From Octopus vulgaris (taxonomy: Eukaryota), in contig OX597818.1 in assembly GCA_951406725.2 (NCBI GenBank), forward strand, positions 14,074,001 to 14,138,000: DNA of 64,000 bases, given 5' to 3'. The notes under the pieces were generated by a model. The model saw nothing but the letters and a program-made list of their open reading frames with translations, was not told the origin of the DNA and ran no database searches. The position numbers and the translations under genes were made by a program. Shown one piece after another: positions 12,193 to 23,899 of this stretch; the first letter of the stretch is position 1; the number at the start of each line of letters is the position of its first letter.

Positions 12193-14728
12193 AATGTATA
12201 AATGAATGATCTGATCTCAAGTACCACAACAATTTCATTTTAATTTTGCAATTTATAAGACATATGTATGAGACAACTCTACATATTATACTTAACATAT
12301 TACAAGTTACAGAATTAAATAAATGAGTTTTAGATCTTTAATTTTATTCTTAGTAATATGGTGTAAAACCTCGATACTTCGATGGATACCTAGTCAAATC
12401 TTCATCGTTCACTTGTGTAATAATTTTCTTCAATTACTATATATACTTTTTATTGCAAATCACAATTCTTCATTAAATAACGACACATACCTTGCTGCAT
12501 GCTAAGTTGCAGTCTCTAGAGCTAAATTGAAATATGTTAGTTTAGTTTACTAGAAGTATTTTTTGCCATTTATAAAATAGGTTTCATACTGCAAGCATGG
12601 TCTGGGGCTGTTAATTAAGCTTTAAACATTAGAATAGTAAAAAAATAATTTTACATGCACCAAAATATAATAATGAATAAAAAGGCAGTTTGATGTGCAA
12701 TCTTAAAGCAGTTTGATGCCCAAACTAAAATAAAGTTTCAGTAATATAATTCTTTACAGATATCATATCACATTGATAAGTCGATGGATTAGAGCAGGAT
12801 TTGATTCGATACGAAGTGCAACACTCAATTATTCGGGTGGAATTTAGCGAATTACTCAAACACGAAGAATGTATTTTTAAAACAAGTAGTGTTAATCAAC
12901 ATTTCTGCACTGTGTATTGTGTTTTACCTACTTGCAGCAACTTCTCATTTGTCTATTACAAGGATGTTTTCATCCTGGTATTGATTGCAATGATCTTTAA
13001 TATGTGATCATATTATACCAAAGAATGGTTAGCGTAATCTATTCCGGGTTTAAAGATACCAAAAGTTGTACAGTTATTTGGAAATCAATTAGTTCCCAGT
13101 TCAGAAATAGTATGAATCATAATACTTTTTGTAAAATCCATAGTTATTGAGTTGTTCCAATTATGAAAATTCATCGAAGATCATATTTAATACAAACAAT
13201 GATCTAATACAAATAAATCAATGCTTTAGTCTGATTATTCGTACATAAATACTGTCTGTAGTTGTTAAAGCTTTTGAATAAATAAATATCTGATGATTGC
13301 ACTCGATAGATATATCAATTACTAGTCATAACAGTTATGCATAATACTATTCTTTGCGTAAGGAAATGAATAATCAGAAAGATGTTACTGTACACTTTGC
13401 ACTGATGTGTTATAATAGATCAGCGAAATAGTAGTACGATATTGAATTATATCTTTTAATGAAGAGAAGTTTTTTTTATCTGAAACAAAAATAAATTACT
13501 GATATTAAAGGTAAAAAAGCAATTCTGTATACTGTCTGTCGCTATATTGTTTCTATTATGGATGCACTAGCATAGAAGAAAATTCTTTTCACCCAAACAA
13601 TAATGAAATTTAGACAGGGGAATTTCAAATTCCTTGAGATATCAGTATTTGCAGATAAATCCTTCAGAAATAAATATATTTTGTCAGAATTGAAATAACA
13701 AATATCAATGCCTCGGAGAGCGGAGAAATGTTGACAAAACTCTCATCGTTTAATCTCTTGTGATTCTCGGCAAATCTTATCAACTTTTGTGCATTTGAAT
13801 GGCTGTCACCATTCTAAGAACATTGCTAATGATTTCTTCAATACCATTGAGGTTCACGCGAGAAAATGATTACGAAAAGATATGTCCTTATTTTAGATTA
13901 AATATTTTCAACAATGCAGATCGGAAATAATTTTACTATATCGGGGCTGATAATTTAAACTATAAGCCAGGCTTAATCCCATGCTATCAGATATATTTAT
14001 AAAATAGCGATCCAGCGACTCTGTTGAAATCAATTTTACATTCAATACTAATTTTCTAAATAGCTATTTCTTTTTCATTAATAAATCAAAATATTCCAAA
14101 GCAATAAAAGTTTTGAAAACAGCAATATTGTGAAAAATTAATTATATTAGAATATAATAGTAATTGCATAAAACTTCAAGCATGTGTCAAAGTGAATGTA
14201 ATTAGCCTGATAAGTTTGCAAAACTGATATTTAACATATCGCCATTTGAATGTATTTTACTATGTTAACATTAGTAATAGTAGAGAAACTAATAGAATCA
14301 ACTCGATTTTATTTCTGTTTATCTGAAATATGAAATTCCATTTATTATATGAAATAATAATTTTAATTATTTCATGTCATATTTACATGTGCTAAATTTA
14401 CATAATTACTTAAATAGTCAATAATGCTGATAAATAGCAAAAAATGTGCTTCTGTCTGTGTGAAAGAGAGAGACAGGGATAGAAAGAGAGAGAGAGAGAG
14501 AGATAGGTGGGGTGCATGCCCATGCGTGAGTGTATCTAAGAAAACAGGCTTAAAATAAATGGAAACACATCTTATTTGACATGATGGCAGTCTGCCTATT
14601 CGTACAGAAGCATAACCCCTCAGTATTATTTGAATTCATCGCATGAATATTCAATAACGGAACCCTTTGCTTTTTATGAAATATGATCGGTATGTTCATA
14701 TAAAGTCTGAATTTTTATAATATTAGAA

Positions 14729-14936
14729 GGTCAACCACATGTGAATCATTTTTTCTTCCTGCGTCATCCTTTTCTATTTCCTTTTCTATTGGACTTTCCT
14801 CTGCTTCTGAAGAAGAGCTTTGCTCGAAACGTTAAACCAACTTTCTTTCCTTCCCTGAACGCCTGCTAATACTTTACATGCACCACTTCCTCGCATTGTT
14901 GTCGTTTTCTTGTGTTAGTTATTGTTTTTTGGATTT

Positions 14937-14940
<4 letters not shown>
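14729..14940 (+). mobile_element. short PLE 3'-terminus cassette with hammerhead ribozyme
   Basis: Same family as 4879-5081; ends TTGGATTTAC then (TA)n. Confidence 0.75.
14803..14837 (+). ncRNA. minimal type I hammerhead ribozyme, intact core
   Basis: GCTT-CTGAAGA-A-GAGC-TTT-GCTC-GAAACGTT-AAAC. Confidence 0.75.
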
Positions 14941-14976
<36 letters not shown>

Positions 14977-14977
<1 letters not shown>

Positions 14978-15141
14978 TGAAGTATATTTGCAACATAAAC
15001 ATGGCTAACCATTGAGGGTCAATGCTACTGTAGCTTGTAGCCCCAGGAAGACATCTCCTCTAGATGACTTCCTGGGGCCAGAAGCTACAGTAGCATCCAC
15101 CCTTAAAGGTTAGTCACATTTAAGTGCCAAATATACTTCAC
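14977..15141. repeat. imperfect inverted repeat, ~73-bp arms
   Basis: GTGAAGTATATTTG...TGCTACTGTAGCTT..CCCCAGGAAG mirrored by CTTCCTGGGG..AAGCTACAGTAGCA...CAAATATACTTCAC. Confidence 0.85.
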
Positions 15142-15259
15142 ATTGTCGTGCAGCTACTGTTTATACCTCGTACAGAGATTTATTATTGCTCATATATATA
15201 TATATATATATATTAGAAGAAATGAGCTAAATACCTGTACATCATCTCCAAACCTTCTA

Positions 15260-15292
<33 letters not shown>

Positions 15293-15314
15293 ATTATTAT
15301 TAGTAATATTAGGG

Positions 15315-15366
15315 AGTATAACTCCAAACTTACAGGGAAAAATCCCTGTAAGTTTGGAGTTATACT
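15315..15366. repeat. perfect 24-bp hairpin with AAAA loop
   Basis: AGTATAACTCCAAACTTACAGGGA-AAAA-TCCCTGTAAGTTTGGAGTTATACT. Confidence 0.95.
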
Positions 15367-15540
15367 AAATTGGCGATATGTTAAGTACGTAGTCTTTTTA
15401 CTTATTATATACTGTTTATTTAGTATTATGTACATTTTTTTTATCTAAATAAATGTTTTATCATATATTTTATTTTTACTATATGATATGTTTTATGTCT
15501 ATCATTGTTTGAATTACATAATAGTGGTTTTTCTCTAATT

Positions 15541-15606
<66 letters not shown>

Positions 15607-15785
15607 CAACAATTGAGGGTAAAATTAATTAATTATTAATCAATTTCACCAAGTATTCACCAAGCACTATCTGAGAGAAATTTTCTTTAAGTATTAGAAT
15701 TTGGCTAAAAAATTTTTTAGCTGCTATTTCTAATGAGTTCAGTATGTGGCAAAGTAATTTATTTTACTAAGCCCTTTATAAAATG

Positions 15786-15831
<46 letters not shown>

Positions 15832-15834
<3 letters not shown>

Positions 15835-18797
15835 AAATCCATAAAAACGAAGAACAAACACAAAAAAAAAACAACGCACTTCTTCGGAAATAGAGGAAAG
15901 TCCAATAGAAAAGAAGACGGAGGAAGAAAAACGCCAATGATTCACGTGTGGTTACACTTTGAAATGACCGGAAGGGTATGAGTGAAGAAAAAGTTTTTTC
16001 TAAGACAGGAAAGTGTAAGAGGAGATATGTGGTGTGTATGTGTGGGCATGTGCGTGCGCGCTAGTCTGTGTCTGTGTTTGTGTGTGTGCGTATGCGTGTG
16101 TATGTGCACTCTTTGTGGTCTTTGTGTGGTTTTGTCAGTTTTATATGGGAATGTGTGAGTGAACTTTGTGTCGCTTAATGTGGTAGGAAGAATTCAGTAG
16201 CATGGTAACAGGAGTGGCAGTCTTTTGTGTAGTTGTGTTTCTTCACATGTGTGTAGAGGAATGGTCAGCAGAAAGGTGTGTGTGTGAGTATGTGTATGTG
16301 TGTGCGGACTGTGTATGTGGAGTAAATGTGCCTTCCTCAGTGTGTGTGCTTGCGTGTGCGTGTGTGTTCGTGTGTGTATATGCCTATATATGTGTAAATT
16401 GTACGTGTATGTATGAGTATCTGGTGTGTGTGGGATGCATGTGTGCGTTCATGTGCGTGTGCGTGTGTGTATGTATGTGCGCTTGTGTGTGAGTGTGAGT
16501 GCATGTGCGTGTGTACATGAGTTGTGTATGTGTGTACGTATGTATTTGTGTATCTGAAGGAGGGCTTGTGTGTGGAGGTATATGTGTATGTTTGTGCGGT
16601 TTGTGCGTGTATGCGCGTGCGAGGGTGTGTGTGTGCATGTGCGTATAGTTGCGTGTACCTGTGTGCATGCCTGTGTGTACGTGTGCGTGTGTTTATATAG
16701 GTTGTATATGTGCGCGTGCGTAGAGTTGTGTCAGTTAGGTATGTGTGCATTTCTGTGCTTGTATCCGCCGCGTTTATGTGTGCGCATGTGTGTATGCGTG
16801 AGTGTGTGTGTGTACATGTGCGTGCGTGTGTGTATGTATGTGTGTGATTATATGTATATGTTGTGTGCGTAGATGTATGTATGTACATGTGTGTATGTGT
16901 GTGCGTGTATGTGCGTGTGTGTATATGCTTATGTATATTGTGTGCGTGTATGTGTTGTGTTTTTGGGAGGTATGCGCGCGTACATATGCGTGTGTGTGTA
17001 TGTGTGTGCTTGTGTATAAGTGTGTGTACGTGTCTGTGTATGTGCATGAGTACATGTGCGTGTATGTATGTGCGTGTGTATAAGTGTGTGTGCGTGGGGT
17101 TGTGTGTGTTAGGTATGTGTGCCTTCTTGTGCGTGTGTATTTCTGTGTATGTGTGTGTGCGTTTGTTTCCGTGTATGTGTATGTATGCGTGTGTGTGTGC
17201 ATGTGTATGTATGAGCATGTGTGTATGTAAGTGTGTGCGTGCTTTTGTGTTATGTGGATGTATATATGCATTCCTGTGCGTGCATGTGCTCGTGTATGCG
17301 CATGTGTGTGCGTGTATGTGAGTGTATATGTGTGTGTATGTATGTGTATGTATGTGTGTGTGTGGGTGGTGTATGTGGGAGGTATATGTGCGTTCATGTG
17401 TATGCGCGGGTGCGTGTTTTTTTTCGCGTGTGTGTATATGTACGTGTGTGTATGTATGTGTATATAGAAATAAAATAAAATATACAATACAATTGATATA
17501 TAAAGAAGGAAGGGAAAAAGGTACAAGATGTAAAAAAATTTACAAAAATTACCTTATAAAAAAATAAGATAAAAAATTAAAATAAAATAATAGAAATTAA
17601 AGGGATAAAATAGAAAATAATATAATTATAAAAAAATAACGCAATTAAGTTAAACAATACGACAGAAAGAAAATGATTAAAAAACGAGAAGGAATAACAG
17701 TGTAAAAAAAGGCAATGGGTATAAGGGAAGAAAAAGTAAGATGAACTAAAATAAAAGAGAATAAAATAAAATAAAAGTTGCTTTTTTAAGGAGTTTGTAG
17801 AGACAGTCGTTAAGAGGGAGTGTTGTAGACTAAAACTGTAACGCTGTTCCAGACTGAGTCGCGAGTGTGTGGATCCGGGTGCAGGACGAGGCCAAAGACG
17901 GAGATATTAGGGGTATGGTTGGCCAAGCGAATATGACGAGCGATGGGGGTGTTCGGCGTAGCCAAACATGTCTTAGATGTTCGGCGAACGGTCGGCCAGC
18001 CGGCGGCCCGTCTGACTTACGTAGATTTTATTACAGAGATTACATCTAATGCGTTGGATAAGGCTTGAAGAGGTGCAGGAGGAGTTTATAATGTGGAGAG
18101 TGTGCTGGTTGGAACCAGTGAGGGAGGCGGTGTTGGTGATTAAAGGGCAGATATGGCAGCGGGATCTAGAGCAAGGGCAAGATCCAGGTGGGGCTGGAGT
18201 TGAGAGGAGAAGGTGCTATGGATCAGTAGGTCGCGTAGGTTTCAGGCGCGTTTAAAGGAGGACACGGTTGGGTTGTGGAAAATGGAGTGGGTGGTGAGAT
18301 CTATCAGGAGACGACGGAAGACCCGTAGGGTCCTCCGACGAGTGGGTAGGGTGGAAGGATAGAATAGGATAGGAAAGGTTAGGGGATTGATGTAGGGAGA
18401 GAGGTGGTGCAATCGATTCGACGAGCGCGGGCAAGGGTGGTTTGGAAAGGGGTTGAGGGTTATCCTCGATGCGTGAACAGGAAAATTGGCGAGCAGGGTA
18501 AAGTTAGAGAGGAAAGAGATGAAGTGACAGAGTTGTTCGCGGGACAGGGAGGTGGCGCCTATACAATCGTCTATGTATCGACCGTATAGCTCTGGGATGG
18601 GCCCGGAGAATTGGGAGTATACTTGGGCGTCAATGTGACCAACAAATAGGTTGGCGAAATTGGGCCCATTCTCGTTCCCATCGCGACCCCAGATCTTTGT
18701 TGGTAGGTCTCTTCGGTGAAAGTAAAGCAGCTGAGGGTGAGGACGAGCCCTGCCAGACGAACTAGGGTGGAGGTACTGGGTGTGGGGTCAGAGCAAC

Positions 18798-18800
<3 letters not shown>
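15832..18800 (-). mobile_element. degenerate Neptune-like PLE copy (RT C-half, GIY-YIG, long low-complexity 3'UTR, terminal cassette)
   Basis: minus strand STLVRLAGLVLTLSCFTF...SGVAMGTRMG...ELYGRYIDDCIGATSLSRE and YVSQTGRRLADR match the 23743-25572 protein; 15832-15985 is the hammerhead cassette family with its 3' ribozyme half deleted; (TA)n at both ends. Confidence 0.8.
16020..17465. repeat. ~1.45-kb degenerate (GT/AT/GC) alternating purine-pyrimidine tract
   Basis: direct reading; lies within the PLE 3' region. Confidence 0.9.
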
Positions 18801-18848
<48 letters not shown>

Positions 18849-19124
18849 ATATAATGAAAGTAGTATTAGCAATTCTCCGAATGTTACTGCACTACATGCC
18901 TGAAGACATTGAATTTTATTTCCTGCATCCTAAATTTAAACTTCACTGGAGTTAACTTAATGCTTCATTCTATCACCTCAGAAAATAGTACCAGTAACAC
19001 ACAGCGAACATTTATATTTTTTCTTCTAACAATACAAAAATGCGCATGGTTTCCATGGTAGGATCCAAATCTAATTTCACATGCAACCGTTAAATATATA
19101 CAAGGAAAATGTCAGTTTTGAAAA

Positions 19125-19340
19125 TATTGATTTCAAATTTGGTACAAAGCCAGCAAGTTTGAGGTAGAGGCTATGTCAAATGCATCGACCCTACTGCTTA
19201 ATTAGTACTTATTTTATCGACCTCGAAAGTATGAAGGGCAAGTTGACTTCGGCGGTACTTTAACTCAGAACGTAAAGAGGAACGAGATGCCGCTAAGTAT
19301 TTTGTCCGGCTTGCTAGCGATTCTGCCAGCTTGCCACCTT
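19125..19340 (-). mobile_element. SINE family B
   Basis: TACTTATTTTATCGACCTCGAAAGTATGAAGGGCAAGTTGAC is the reverse complement of the family core. Confidence 0.7.
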
Positions 19341-19754
19341 AAGTTTAGAAAATATTCCTACATTAAAACCAAGGTTGAAGGAATTACAAACCTTCTTACA
19401 TATGGACGTAATGACAGAAAATATAAAAGCAAACCAATTATTTGTATTGACGATCCTTATTTTTACGGTACTAGCATTCGCCTTTCTGAGTTATTTTTCT
19501 GAAAATGTGCCTGGAAATGTTGTTTGTATCAATAGAATTATTAAGCTAGAATCTCACTAAGAACTAGAAATTGTTGAAAACTAAATCATCTTGCTTTTTA
19601 CTACATATATCAGCAAACAATATAGATGATACGTAACCACAAAATATAAAAATATGTCATTATATATATAAGCATGCTGTTAGTTAAAGGCGGTGCTCCA
19701 GCATGAGGGCAGGCAAAGACTGAAACAAGCAAAAGCATAAAAATACATTCATGA

Positions 19755-19789
<35 letters not shown>

Positions 19790-20756
19790 AACACATATGA
19801 AGGAGGCTCTTGAGTTCGCATTCACCGTTCTGAAAATTCCTTCTTTCCAACTTCAACTAATTTATATTTTCCTTTTTTTTTCTCCAAAACAAGCAGCAAA
19901 CAAGCTGTTCCGAAACTAAAAGAAACGTAAACAAGCCTGGAGTAAATAATATTACGCATTAATTTCCTTTTCACAACTCTTCTGTATGATACATTACACA
20001 AACGTTAGACAGTAGGACGTTAAGTAAAAGATTGACAGCAAATATAATATAGAGGTATACTTATCATTTTCTTCAAATCGTTTGAATATATGTATTATAT
20101 TTTCAAATTTACCGTGCGTACCAAATTGCAATTTAATTTGTGACAGTCGACAGCTTGATGGATTAACCTTCGGAACTAGAGTATGGTTCAGATTTAGATA
20201 TAGCTAAGGGAAAAGCAATTATTTCAAACTTGTTTTCTTATGCAACACTACCATTGTGAACTACAAGCTATTATCTTGATCGATTAATCACATATAGTAT
20301 ACCACCATGACAGTAGTAGATTTTATTCCAGAGAAAGATAAGGAATTGGTGACAGGTTTTCATGTATATACGAATAAATTGTATTTTTGTTATGTTGAAA
20401 CATTATCCATGTTGACGTTAGCATATTTTCCAGGAAAAAACTTAAAATAGATTACACGACGGTGTTTGAGAGAACAACTGTCTCGTGTTTATCGTTATTT
20501 AGAGAACACTCGAAAAACTTAAAAACTTACTATGTGGAAAGAGTTATTAAAGACGTTGAAATACATCAGAAGTACATTTCTATCTAAATACTGCATTCAC
20601 TGTATTTTGATAGAAATATGATAACAAACATAAAAAATTATTCTTCAGTATCTAAAATAGGAGTAATATAACCCTCCTAGTAAATGACCTACGATATAAA
20701 CGTAAAATAACTTTATAAAAATCAGTTCTCACTCCCTCCCTCTCTATCTCTCACTC

Positions 20757-20833
<77 letters not shown>

Positions 20834-20849
20834 ATATATATATATATAT

Positions 20850-21063
20850 TTCTTTACTACCCACGAGGGGCTAAACACAGGGGGGACAGACAAGGACAGA
20901 CAAAGGGATTAAGTCGATTACATCGACCACAGTGAGTAACTGGTACTTAATTTATCGACCTCGAAAGGATGAAAGGCAAAGTCGAATTCCGTCGAGGTCG
21001 ACTTTGCCTTTCATCCTTTCGGGGTCGATAAATTAAGTACCAGTTACTCACTGGGGTCAATGT
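20850..21063. mobile_element. SINE family B fragments in fold-back (inverted) arrangement
   Basis: 20920-20985 is a near-perfect reverse complement of 20998-21063; (TA)n flanks. Confidence 0.85.
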
Positions 21064-21066
21064 GGC

Positions 21067-21129
<63 letters not shown>

Positions 21130-21136
21130 ATATGTA

Positions 21137-21193
<57 letters not shown>

Positions 21194-21194
21194 T

Positions 21195-21930
21195 CAGTTT
21201 AGAATCTTACCGAAATTCTTCATGGTTGTTTGTCTATCCATCCTTCTACAGCTTCCGATGCTAATCTATGGCCGATATATTTATGTAAAAGACCGGTTAC
21301 ATAGAAACTAATGAGAATCATTGTTTATTCACAATTTCTTAAATACAGTTTACGAAGTCCATGTTATCTCTGATACAAGTGGACACCAATTTCCACAATG
21401 TCTGCAAATCATATCCAGCAAATTGCTTAATCATTCACTGCTAGTTGTTGGCCTTGGAATAACGGCTAGGGAATTATATAGATATCGTGTATGAAAGTTA
21501 TTAAGTTCTTGTTGATTTATTCATATTTATGGATTTTTGGTGGTCCATAAAACATCTACCTCAAAATTAGAGATTATCCAACTCTTCTTTTTATAACATC
21601 ACTTCCAAGATTTTCGTTAATTTAGTCATGAATAATAATGCTGATGCAATGATTATATATATGAATATATATTGCATAATGAGATGAAAAAACCAAGGCT
21701 GTGTTGATATTAGAAGATTTTTAGATAGAAGGTCTTACATTGTTTCCAGGATATTTATTAATTATATCCCTTCATCGCAGATGCTGTGAGAGGATGGTTA
21801 AGTAATAGTTAGTTTAGATAGGATGCAAAATAGAGTGAGGTGGAGGAAAGAAAATCGATGCAAGATATGTAGGGATATTGAAGTTGTAGATCCATTTTTA
21901 GGCAGACTGGTACATTGAAGTTGTAGAAAA
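21195..21930 (-). mobile_element. highly degenerate PLE RT fragment plus terminal repeat with eroded hammerhead
   Basis: minus strand [46 protein letters not shown] align with the 1596 ORF; hammerhead-like motif at 21733-21783. Confidence 0.6.
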
Positions 21931-21950
21931 TATATATATATATATATATA

Positions 21951-22734
21951 CTAGCAGCATAGCCCGGCGTTGCCCGGGTATGTAAGAGCCCCTAGTAGGC
22001 AACGACTAATCTAAATCTAGTCCTTTCCCTCTAGGGAACGAAGGCGCATGTGTAGGTTGCAACGTCTTCTCTTCACTCCCAAATAACTATCAAACAGCTA
22101 TCGATAATTCAACCCAACCAATTCCTACCAGGAAGAAATTACATTCGAGACTTCACCCCCACTTCTGCTAATAGCTGCTGCAACCGCAAGTTATTCGAAT
22201 ACTTTTTTTGTTTACACTTTCTTTATAACTACCACCCCAAACGTTTTACCTTAAATTTTTGACCTACCCTAAGGGTCCTCGGACGCTACTTGCAAACTCT
22301 TGGTTTATTATAAACCACTTTTGTCGTGTGCACCAAAATACCTTTTCCATTCGTTTGTTCAGTTTGGTCACTTTTAACCTTTTCGTTGTTGTCACTCACA
22401 TTGCTGCCCGCTTGTTTGCCGTTTTTGTGCCTTTTTATACACTTTGGGATACTTACCCCACGTGTTCCGAAAGTTAAAAAGGTCGAGTTGCGTCCCCTAG
22501 ACAGTCTGTAGAAAATGTATTGCATATAAAAAGCTTAGATTCTCGACCCATGTCGAATTTATCGAATTTTCAGAACTGGGGGAACTTTTCAAAATTTTCG
22601 CTGCGTTAGATTTGAATTATGACATTGGGCTATGTTTGTGTCAAGTTTCATCAGAATCGGTTGAAAGCCGTGGTCAGGGTGAGGGTACAACCTGACAGAC
22701 ACACAGACAGACAAACTGCTGTTTGTATATAGAA

Positions 22735-22737
<3 letters not shown>
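21951..22737 (-). mobile_element. non-autonomous Helitron-type element
   Basis: minus strand starts TC(TTTCTATATAC) followed by (TGTC)n and CCGATTCTGATGAAACTTG; ends with hairpin CCCGGGCAACGCCGGG then TGCTAG; inserted at A|T in (TA)n with no TSD. Confidence 0.85.
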
Positions 22738-22771
<34 letters not shown>

Positions 22772-22845
22772 AATAAAATATATGCATACATACATATATG
22801 TACGTAGCTACATATACATGTATATATACATGCATATATATATAT

Positions 22846-23899
22846 AACGGGAAGCTTTATGAAAATAGACAAAAGACGAAGGCAGGTGGAAAACAAACAA
22901 ACAATTGTATTAGTATGGCGCTCAGGAAATATAAATAAAACAAGTCTTTAACGTTTCGAGCCTACGCTCTTCAACAGAAAGATACACAGAGAGAAAAAAA
23001 CACAGAAAGAAGGAGAGAAAAAAAATGCGTGCAGTAACTAACGAATCAACATGGCGATCTGATTTCGGCCAGAAGTCAAAGATCAAACATGAGACGCGAG
23101 AGCGAAATAAGGGGAGATAATAGGGTTGATAATAGGGTTGAATGACCACCTATTAGTGCGTAGGAGGGGTCTGGACGTGTGTATGTATAGGGTTGGTGTA
23201 TGTATTAGTATGTATTAGTATGTATAAGGGTGTGTGTGTGTGTGTGTATGAGAGAGTATTAGTGCGTAGGATAGGTCTGGACAGGCGTATGTATGGGGTT
23301 GGTGTATGTATTAGTATGTATTAATATGTATTCGTACGTATTAGTATGTATAAGTGTGTGTGTGTGTATGAGAGAGTATAAGTGCGTATGAGGGGTCTGG
23401 ACGTGTGTATGTATAGGGTTGGTGTATGTATTAGTATGGCACATCATATATGATGTGATGTGTAAAGTCGTGTGGTGTAGTGAGGAGAAAAGGGGGAGGG
23501 GGAGAAGAGGGGTGGGTAGAAGAGGGGGGAAGGGAGAAGAGGGGGAGGGGAGAAAAGGGGGGAATGGGGAGGGGAAGAAGAGGGGGAGGGGAGGGGGAAT
23601 AGAAGGGGAGGGGGAGAAGGAAAGGGAATGAGGAGGGGGAGGAAAGTGGGGGAGAGGAGAGAGAAGGGGAGTGAGGGAGCAGAGGGAAGGGGAAGAGGGA
23701 GGAGGGAGGGAGAAAGAGGGAAGAAGGGAAGGGGAGTAGGGGTCAAAGGATGAAGGACTGAAGAAGTAGGGGTCGGGGGGAAGGATAGGTGAGGAGGGGG
23801 AGAGGGGGGTTAGATGAGGAGGGGGGAGAGTTGAGACCAAATGGCGTATAAGAGCGAAGAGAGAAGATTAATTCCTGTTCACGGCGCAAACGGGAATCC
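22846..23899 (-). repeat. 3' pseudo-LTR
   Basis: near-identical to 27353-28405. Confidence 0.93.
22945..22982 (-). ncRNA. minimal type I hammerhead ribozyme, variant core CUGUUGA
   Basis: minus strand TCTTT-CTGTTGA-A-GAGC-GTAG-GCTC-GAAACGTT-AAAGA. Confidence 0.75.

Noticed and set aside
16337-17526. 250-293-aa His/Thr-rich ORFs
   Set aside because: Stop-free frames of a degenerate (CA/TA) tract in a PLE 3' region
22640-22720. CTGATGAAAC on the minus strand of the Helitron (about 22643-22652) as a hammerhead
   Set aside because: No stem II between CUGAUGA and GAAA; it is the common internal CCGATT..GATGAAACTT motif of these elements
23259-23840. Pro/Ser-rich 193-aa ORF and G-quadruplex-like tract
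   Set aside because: Low-complexity polypurine tract of the pseudo-LTR; indels between the two copies do not preserve a protein
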